Shown here piece after piece: positions 58,028 to 64,000 of a stretch of DNA of 64,000 nt. The translations under genes and the position numbers were made by a program. Below the pieces are notes generated by a model. It was not told where the DNA came from, ran no database searches, and saw only the letters and a program-made list of their open reading frames with translations. Origin of the DNA: Bdellovibrionota bacterium (lineage in GTDB: Bacteria > Bdellovibrionota_C > UBA2361 > JBGSMV01). Where the stretch lies: NCBI GenBank assembly GCA_044356455.1, contig JBIKWF010000001.1, positions 64,001 to 128,000 of the forward strand, written 5' to 3'. The first letter of the stretch is position 1; each line of letters begins with the position of its first letter.

Positions 58028-58741
58028 CTATTTCTTTGCCCAAATGAAATAGCCTGACGTTTGACAGTCGTCTGATTTGAATGAGAGCAGCGCCTCTGCA
58101 ATGCGATTAACTCTTTGACCAAAGTTCCCCTCAATCAGAGCCTTCCAGCCGGGGAGCAGATTGAGGATGGTTGAAAATCTGCCGCGCACGGGGAAGATGG
58201 TGACCTCGGAGAAGTCTCTAAATAAGTAGGCAACTCCGTCCTTCGTGTAGCGGTAGTAATCCTGAAAGGTAAGGTCAGCCGGAGCATGATAATTATAGAG
58301 GAAGGGAACGTAGGCAAAGCAATATCCGCCGGGAGCGAGAAGGCGGTGTAAGTTTTTTACTGCTGAGAGAGGGTCGTACACGTGCTCCAGTATTGCGAGA
58401 CATACGATTCCATCGTAGACGCCGAAAGAAAGCTCCGTAACTTCGCAGAGGTCATCCACAATATCCGGGTATCCGTCAAATTGGTTGATGTCTGTCGTGG
58501 TTACTTGACCAGGACGAAACAACGCAAAGTGCTCCCGAGATGACCTTCCAAAATCGAGCACGCGCTCGCAGTTGTCAGCGAGAAACTTTATCTTTTCCTG
58601 AATAAGCGTGGAGGCGCCAAAGCGGCGAGACGCGTCAACCTTCGTGCGTACTATAATTGCCTGGAGCTGCTGATTTCTTCTTTCGAGCAGTTTCGCTCTT
58701 GCGAGAGAAGGAGACGGGGTGGGGGATGACAGCGCGTTCAT
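58028..58741 (-). CDS. Class I SAM methyltransferase (type 11-like)
   Basis: VLDFG, PDIVDDL, CLAILEHVYDP, LAPGG, VPFLYNYH...DYYRYT. Confidence 0.85.
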   Translation of the reverse strand: MNALSSPTPSPSLARAKLLERRNQQLQAIIVRTKVDASRRFGASTLIQEKIKFLADNCERVLDFGRSSREHFALFRPGQVTTTDINQFDGYPDIVDDLCEVTELSFGVYDGIVCLAILEHVYDPLSAVKNLHRLLAPGGYCFAYVPFLYNYHAPADLTFQDYYRYTKDGVAYLFRDFSEVTIFPVRGRFSTILNLLPGWKALIEGNFGQRVNRIAEALLSFKSDDCQTSGYFIWAKK

Positions 58742-58881
58742 GGTGACGCATCCTAGATCGAGAATCGTGAGGGAAGAAAGTTCATACCTTAGGCTGGGGG
58801 GCTGTATCCTTCTCCTCCCCCTTGTTGCATTCGGGGTCCAGTTTTTAAGGGGGGGGGGAGTTTAAATGTGGCGAGGGCGGG

Positions 58882-60069
58882 TTAAGTTGCGGTCGCTTGA
58901 GCGTAAGGTCTCGCGAGGGCATGAGAGATAACCGCTCGATACCCCTCAAGAAAGATGCTCTCGCTAAAAAAAACTATAGCCCTTTTTTTTGCGCATGCGC
59001 CGAGCTCCTCTGCGTGAGATTCGGAGGCAAGGAGTTTCTCAAGTGTTGCAGCGAGAGCAATCTCGTCACCCACAGGAAACAAGTACCCGGTTTCGCCGTG
59101 CTGAATTAAGTCGGGAATCCCGCCGACCGATGACCCTACGACGGGAGTCCCGGTAGTCATGGCCTCGATAATAACTCTGCCTAGTCCCTCGGACCGTGAG
59201 GGCAATACTACCGTTCTCGCCTGCCGCATCTGTCTCGCAAGCTCGTCTTGGGTCAAATAGGGGAGGAACTGCACCGACTCTCCTGCCGCGTGCGCCTTGA
59301 TATTCTTCTGAAGCGAAAGAAGAAACTGGGAATCAGGCGTACTGCCAATAATCTTGAGGACAAGAGTCGGGTAGCTACCTCTAAGTTTCAGAAACGCATC
59401 AACGAGGGTGTCGACTCCCTTTTTGTGAATTACCTGCCCCGCAAATACAATACTCAATTGCTTCGATTTCGGAATTTCAGCCGCCATGAGAAAGGGCGTG
59501 AGATCCGTCCAGGCAGCGAAGCGAAAAAGTGGCGTGTGCGAATTCTCCTCCTTGAGTGCGCGTTCAGTGGAAGAGGAAACTGCTCGAAGAGCATCCGCCT
59601 CTCTGATCGCAAACTTGGCGAGGGGCCGAAGGATACGAAATAGGGAGGGGAGAAGGCGCTTTCTTGTGCTCTGTAGCTCTACACGCTCATCAAAGTCCCC
59701 ATGGAGTTCAATGGCGAGGCGAATTCTTGAAAGTGGAAAAGGCAGTCTTTTTAAGATTGCAGGTAGAATGCCCTCGTAGGGACTCTGTGCGACTGCGACG
59801 AGATGCTGGCGACGGAGGCTTAGGTACACTAAGACGAACATTGATATGAGTGCGTATTGTAGCGAGGGAGAAAGGGTTCGCGAGGCAAGAATAAATCGCG
59901 TTCCTCCGGCACGAGAGAATCTGGGGAGCCGCGTCGGGGTAAAGCCTATTACAAAAATGGTTCCAAGGGACTCGATGAGCGCATGTCGGCGAGCGTTACC
60001 TCGACCGAGTGGGAACGTAGGAGCTGTTCCTCCCAGGAACACCACATTGGGAACTGCGTTCTTTGTCAT
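58882..60069 (-). CDS. GT4 glycosyltransferase
   Basis: ELHGD, LRAVS, KKGVDTL, VLPSRSEGLGRVIIEAM, GGIPDLI. Confidence 0.9.
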   Translation of the reverse strand: MTKNAVPNVVFLGGTAPTFPLGRGNARRHALIESLGTIFVIGFTPTRLPRFSRAGGTRFILASRTLSPSLQYALISMFVLVYLSLRRQHLVAVAQSPYEGILPAILKRLPFPLSRIRLAIELHGDFDERVELQSTRKRLLPSLFRILRPLAKFAIREADALRAVSSSTERALKEENSHTPLFRFAAWTDLTPFLMAAEIPKSKQLSIVFAGQVIHKKGVDTLVDAFLKLRGSYPTLVLKIIGSTPDSQFLLSLQKNIKAHAAGESVQFLPYLTQDELARQMRQARTVVLPSRSEGLGRVIIEAMTTGTPVVGSSVGGIPDLIQHGETGYLFPVGDEIALAATLEKLLASESHAEELGACAKKRAIVFFSESIFLEGYRAVISHALARPYAQATAT

Positions 60070-60073
60070 AACG

Positions 60074-61192
60074 CTACAGTGATCGAATAATAATATTTGA
60101 GGTCTCCTCTACCTGCTCACGCGTAAGCGCGCTTCCCGAGGGCAGGCAAAGGCCACGTTCGAACAACAACTCGGCGCAGCCGTTCGTAAAGGCGCGAGCG
60201 GAGCGGAAGACAGTCTGGAGATGCATGGGTTTCCAAAGAGGCCTCGATTCAATTCCCGTCTCAGCGAGGGCGATCCGTACTCGCTCCCTTACGTCACGCG
60301 ATGGAAGCAGCACCGTCGTGAGCCAGCGGTTTGGAGCTGCGCCTGGCAAGTTGGCAGGGAAGGCGACGGCTGAAACATTTCCGAGGATTTTCTGATAGTG
60401 CGCATACGTGTTCTGCCGCTTTTCCACGCGGTCCCTCAGGACTGTAAGCTGCCCTCTCCCCACCGCCGCTATCAGATTGCTCATGCGGTAATTATACCCA
60501 ATTTCAGAATGCTCATAGTGAGGCGCCGGATCTCGCGCTTGGGTGGCGAGAAATCGAGCGCGCGCGACTGTCTCCTCGCTATTTGAAAGTAGGGCGCCGC
60601 CACCTGAGGTGGTGATGATCTTGTTACCATTGAAAGAGAGAATGCCAATGGTACCAAAGGACCCTAATTGTCGCCCCTTGTAGGTAGAGCCGAGCGCTTC
60701 CGCTGCATCTTCGATGAGAGGGACCTGAAAGTTGCGGCAGATTCTCTGAATCTCCTCCATCTTGGCCGGTACGCCATAAAGCTCAACAAGTATCACAGCC
60801 TTCGCGGGGGTCCCTTCCTTCTTTAGTGTTTCGAGGGCCTCCTCAAGGAGCTTGGGGCACATGTTCCACGTCTCTTCTTCGCTATCAACGAAGACGGGAG
60901 CTGCGCCACAATAAGCAATGGGATTGCAGCTTCCTGCAAAGGTAAAAGAGGAGCAGATAACTCTATCGCCTGGCTTAATATTAAGCGTAAGAAGCGCGAG
61001 GTGGATGGCCGCGGTGCCAGACGAGAGTGCTGCGGCGTGGTTTACTCCCACATAGGCTGCAAGCTCTCTTTCAAAGGCATCAACATGAGGACCAAGGGGC
61101 GCAATCCAGTTGGAAGCAAAGGCTTCGTTAACAAACTCCTGCTCCTTACCGCAAAGATGCGGGGGGGATAGCCATATTCTAAAAGGTTTCAC
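60074..61192 (-). CDS. DegT-family sugar aminotransferase (PglE/EpsN-like)
   Basis: LSPPH, SNWIAPLGP, SSGTAAIHLAL, EDAAEALGS, SFNGNKIITTSGGG, GYNYRMSN, ESRPLWKPMH. Confidence 0.93.
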   Translation of the reverse strand: MKPFRIWLSPPHLCGKEQEFVNEAFASNWIAPLGPHVDAFERELAAYVGVNHAAALSSGTAAIHLALLTLNIKPGDRVICSSFTFAGSCNPIAYCGAAPVFVDSEEETWNMCPKLLEEALETLKKEGTPAKAVILVELYGVPAKMEEIQRICRNFQVPLIEDAAEALGSTYKGRQLGSFGTIGILSFNGNKIITTSGGGALLSNSEETVARARFLATQARDPAPHYEHSEIGYNYRMSNLIAAVGRGQLTVLRDRVEKRQNTYAHYQKILGNVSAVAFPANLPGAAPNRWLTTVLLPSRDVRERVRIALAETGIESRPLWKPMHLQTVFRSARAFTNGCAELLFERGLCLPSGSALTREQVEETSNIIIRSL

Positions 61193-61332
61193 GCGCGCTC
61201 CCTTAAGGCATTAGTTGTTACTTTATAACCTTGTTGGAGAACAATCGAAACGGGTTGTCTTAAAGGATAGGCCGAGTCTGGCTAAGTTAAAGAACCTTTT
61301 GGAGTACCCAAAGAATGGCAATCCCTCTTCCC

Positions 61333-61361
61333 CTTAGTGGTCTCTGTGGTCTTAGTGGTTG
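61333..61361. repeat. Nonamer repeat (28/29 identical to 31989-32017)
   Basis: CTTAGTGGT-CTCTGTGGT-CTTAGTGGT-TG, preceded by ATCCCTC as at 31981. Confidence 0.85.
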
Positions 61362-61400
61362 TTCTTGCAAGCCACTTCGCCCACCTCTATCAAAGTTTCC

Positions 61401-62039
61401 TTAGCAGGAGCCCCGCCGAGAACTCCCTGTAAAACGCGGCATCGTAGCTTCATTCTGAGCGCTTACCCCGCGCGGTTTCAAGAGCTGCCACGCGGTGAGG
61501 AGGAGAATTTTCATATCCAGCCCAAGGGAGAGCTTATCAACATAGGCCACATCGAGCTCGAACTTCTGCTCCCATGAAAGCAGATTGCGTCCGGAGACTT
61601 GAGCAAGCCCCGTAATGCCAGGAAGAACTTCATGGCGACGGGCTTGTAAGGGCGAGTAAAGCGGAAGGTATTCGGGAAGTAGGGGGCGGGGGCCCACCAG
61701 GCTCATTTCGCCCTTAAGAACGTTGATAAGTTGAAGCAGCTCGTCGAGTGAGGCTTTTCGAATAAGGGACCCTAGGGGGGTAAGGCGCTCGGAATCTGGT
61801 TTTAGCTCTCCCGATGCCGTGCGCTCGTCGGTCATGGTTTTAAACTTTATAATTCGAAATAGCTTACCGTCTTTACCCGGCCGCGCCTGCAGAAAGAGTA
61901 TCGGGCCTCTATTCACCAAAGAGAGCAATGCCGCGGTAATCAGAAGAATCGGGCTAGAGGCAACTAAAAGAGCAAGCGAAACAAGTACGTCAAGGGCTCG
62001 CTTTCCATAAGTGAGGTAAAAGGTGCTTTGAGGGTGCAC
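61401..62039 (-). CDS. Undecaprenyl-phosphate phosphoglycosyl transferase (PglC-like)
   Basis: KRALD, Q.RPG..GK.F.IIKFKTM, SLDELLQL.NVLKGEMSLVGPRPLL, PGITGLAQV.GRN, KFELDV.Y. Start uncertain. Confidence 0.92.
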   Translation of the reverse strand: MHPQSTFYLTYGKRALDVLVSLALLVASSPILLITAALLSLVNRGPILFLQARPGKDGKLFRIIKFKTMTDERTASGELKPDSERLTPLGSLIRKASLDELLQLINVLKGEMSLVGPRPLLPEYLPLYSPLQARRHEVLPGITGLAQVSGRNLLSWEQKFELDVAYVDKLSLGLDMKILLLTAWQLLKPRGVSAQNEATMPRFTGSSRRGSC

Positions 62040-62102
62040 AAACGTCTCTCGTAATCGCAGTCTAGATCGCCTACCTTTAGCATAAGTGAGGGCCAACCTG
62101 GT

Positions 62103-64000
62103 ATGTGCGGAATTGCAGGGAGCGTTAATCTTCGACCATCAAGAGATAAGGGGGCGCTTCTTGGCATTGCTCAAGGAATGGGAAGGGCTCTTGTCCACAG
62201 GGGGCCTGACGATAGCGGAGAGTTTGTCGATGAGAATCACGGGCTCACCTTAAGTCACCGGCGCCTCTCGATACTCGACCTTTCTCCGCTTGGCCATCAG
62301 CCCATGAGTTCCCGCTCTGGCAGGTATGTAATTTCGTATAATGGTGAGATTTACAATTACCGGGAACTTGGCGTTCAGCTTGAAACGAAGGGGGCCAGGT
62401 TTCAAGGCAGCAGTGATACGGAGGTACTTCTTGCAGCTTTGGAGGAATGGGGGATCGAAGGTGCTCTCACGCGGCTCGTTGGCATGTTTGCCTTTGCGCT
62501 CTGGGACAAGGAGGCGCGCACCTTAACGCTTGCTAGGGACCGGCTTGGCGAGAAGCCTCTTTATTATGGCTGGAACTCAGGCGCCTTTCTCTTTGGCTCA
62601 GAATTAAAGGCACTCCGTGCCCATCCTTCCTTCGCGGGCGAGATCGATCGTTCGGCACTGACGCTTTTTATGCGTCATGGCTACATCCCAGCGCCCTATT
62701 CTATTTACCAGAACATTTTCAAGCTCCCTCCCGGAAGCTTTTTCACCCTTGGACTTGATGCCTTGGGGGGCTGTCCATCAGCGTTTTTTCCTTGGGGGAA
62801 GGCTGGGGAGGCTGCTTCTCCTCAATTTTATTGGAGGCCAGGGCGCATTCTTGAGGAGTCATGTCTTCCTGAGAGAGACGCGCTCCAGCAGCTTGAGCAG
62901 GTCCTCTCAGAGTCAGTGAGTGGACAGCTTGTCTCTGATGTTCCGCTTGGGGCGTTTCTTTCGGGCGGGATTGATTCCTCGCTTATTGTTGCCCTCATGC
63001 AAAAGGCCAGCCCTTCCCGCATCAAGACTTTCTCAATCGGCTTTAGTGAGGCCGCCTACGATGAGGCTCCGCATGCGAAACTCGTGGCCGCGCACTTAGG
63101 GACCGAGCACACGGAATGGTATGTGTCACCTGAGGACGCGAGGAATGTGATTCCTAGGCTGCCTGAGCTTTTTGATGAACCCTTTGCTGATTCCTCCCAG
63201 ATTCCCACGTTCCTCGTATCGCAGCTTGCCAGGCGCTCGGTGACGGTAAGCCTTTCAGGTGATGGTGGTGACGAGCTTTTTTGCGGTTATGAACGCTACT
63301 CTTGGGCGGCAAGCATTTGGCGCCTTATGAGAGCAGCGCCTGCTCCCCTGCGTTCTCTGGTATCGGCGGCGCTTCGTTTGCCTGGGCCCAAGAAATGGGA
63401 GTGGCTGATGACGGGCATCGGGGCCTTCCCATTTAAAAAATGGCGTCTTATGCACCCCGGCGAGAAAGTTCTGCGGTTTGCGGAGCTGCTGGGAAACAGA
63501 TCCCGAGAGGGCTTGTTCTGCAATATGGCGAGCCAATGGAATAACCCCGAGGCAGTGGTTATTGACGGTCCAGAGCCAGCGAGCTTTTTGACCTCACCAG
63601 CACTCTGGCCTCAGGCAAAGGACTTTTTGTCTCAAATGATGTTCTTTGACCTCAAGACCTATCTGCCGGACGACATACTCGTGAAGGTTGACAGAGCCAG
63701 CATGGCGGCGTCTTTGGAATCTCGTGCGCCGTTCCTTGACCACCGAGTGGTCGAATGCGCGCTTCGAATCCCTACGAGCCTTAAGCTCAAGGGAGGGACG
63801 TCCAAGTGGATTTTGCGTGAGCTGCTTTCTAAGTTCGTGCCGCGCGAGCTTTTCGAGAGACCAAAGATGGGTTTTGGCGTTCCTATCGATTCTTGGCTGC
63901 GCGGGGAGCTTCGGGAGTGGGCGGATGACCTCCTTAGCGAGGAGCGCCTTGTTCGAGAGGGCTTTTTTCATCCTGGGCCGATTCGAGAGAAGTGGCTTGC
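62103..64000 (+). CDS. asnB: AsnB-type glutamine amidotransferase (copy 3, runs off window end)
   Basis: Manual translation from ATG 62103: MCGIAGSVNL..HRGPDD..HRRLSILDLS..YNGEIYNY..SDTEV..FLSGGIDSS..DEPFADSSQIPT..SGDGGDELF..LVKVDRASM..ERPKMGFGVP. Absent from the ORF track because it is truncated. Confidence 0.93.
   Translation, partial: MCGIAGSVNLRPSRDKGALLGIAQGMGRALVHRGPDDSGEFVDENHGLTLSHRRLSILDLSPLGHQPMSSRSGRYVISYNGEIYNYRELGVQLETKGARFQGSSDTEVLLAALEEWGIEGALTRLVGMFAFALWDKEARTLTLARDRLGEKPLYYGWNSGAFLFGSELKALRAHPSFAGEIDRSALTLFMRHGYIPAPYSIYQNIFKLPPGSFFTLGLDALGGCPSAFFPWGKAGEAASPQFYWRPGRILEESCLPERDALQQLEQVLSESVSGQLVSDVPLGAFLSGGIDSSLIVALMQKASPSRIKTFSIGFSEAAYDEAPHAKLVAAHLGTEHTEWYVSPEDARNVIPRLPELFDEPFADSSQIPTFLVSQLARRSVTVSLSGDGGDELFCGYERYSWAASIWRLMRAAPAPLRSLVSAALRLPGPKKWEWLMTGIGAFPFKKWRLMHPGEKVLRFAELLGNRSREGLFCNMASQWNNPEAVVIDGPEPASFLTSPALWPQAKDFLSQMMFFDLKTYLPDDILVKVDRASMAASLESRAPFLDHRVVECALRIPTSLKLKGGTSKWILRELLSKFVPRELFERPKMGFGVPIDSWLRGELREWADDLLSEERLVREGFFHPGPIREKWL

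Noticed and set aside
2333..63971. Numerous 60-200 aa antisense or overlapping ORFs in the six-frame track
   Set aside because: They overlap well-supported genes and show no recognisable motifs; expected shadow ORFs.

Overview
A 64-kb bacterial chromosomal segment. The gene content (Tol-Pal, DUF465 protein, lipid A-type acyltransferase) indicates a diderm, possibly of deltaproteobacterial/Bdellovibrionota type; this taxonomy is inference only. Left half: a divergent histidine-utilisation cluster (hutH | hutU-hutI-hutG) with a secreted Asp/Gly-repeat protein in front of hutH; gapA-tpiA-creB-creC-terC; tolQRAB-pal-cpoB-ribF-rluD-pgeF; a polyprenyl synthase, tRNA-Glu, queG and several envelope/secreted proteins. 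Right 27 kb: a Wzx/Wzy glycan locus with the bacillosamine (PglF/E/D/C/A-like) set, seven GT4 enzymes, four methyltransferases and three AsnB-type amidotransferases, in eight alternating-strand blocks. No transposase, integrase, Cas or phage gene is visible. The most unusual signal is non-coding: several families of palindromic repeats. These include a 9-nt-periodic family (six sites, two nested in IS5-like ends, one pair bracketing a gene as perfect 29-bp inverted repeats), a 199-bp x3.5 structured tandem array between two terminators, a ~120-nt three-hairpin element present twice, and a candidate small RNA. All alignments and folds were done by eye; no database searches were run.
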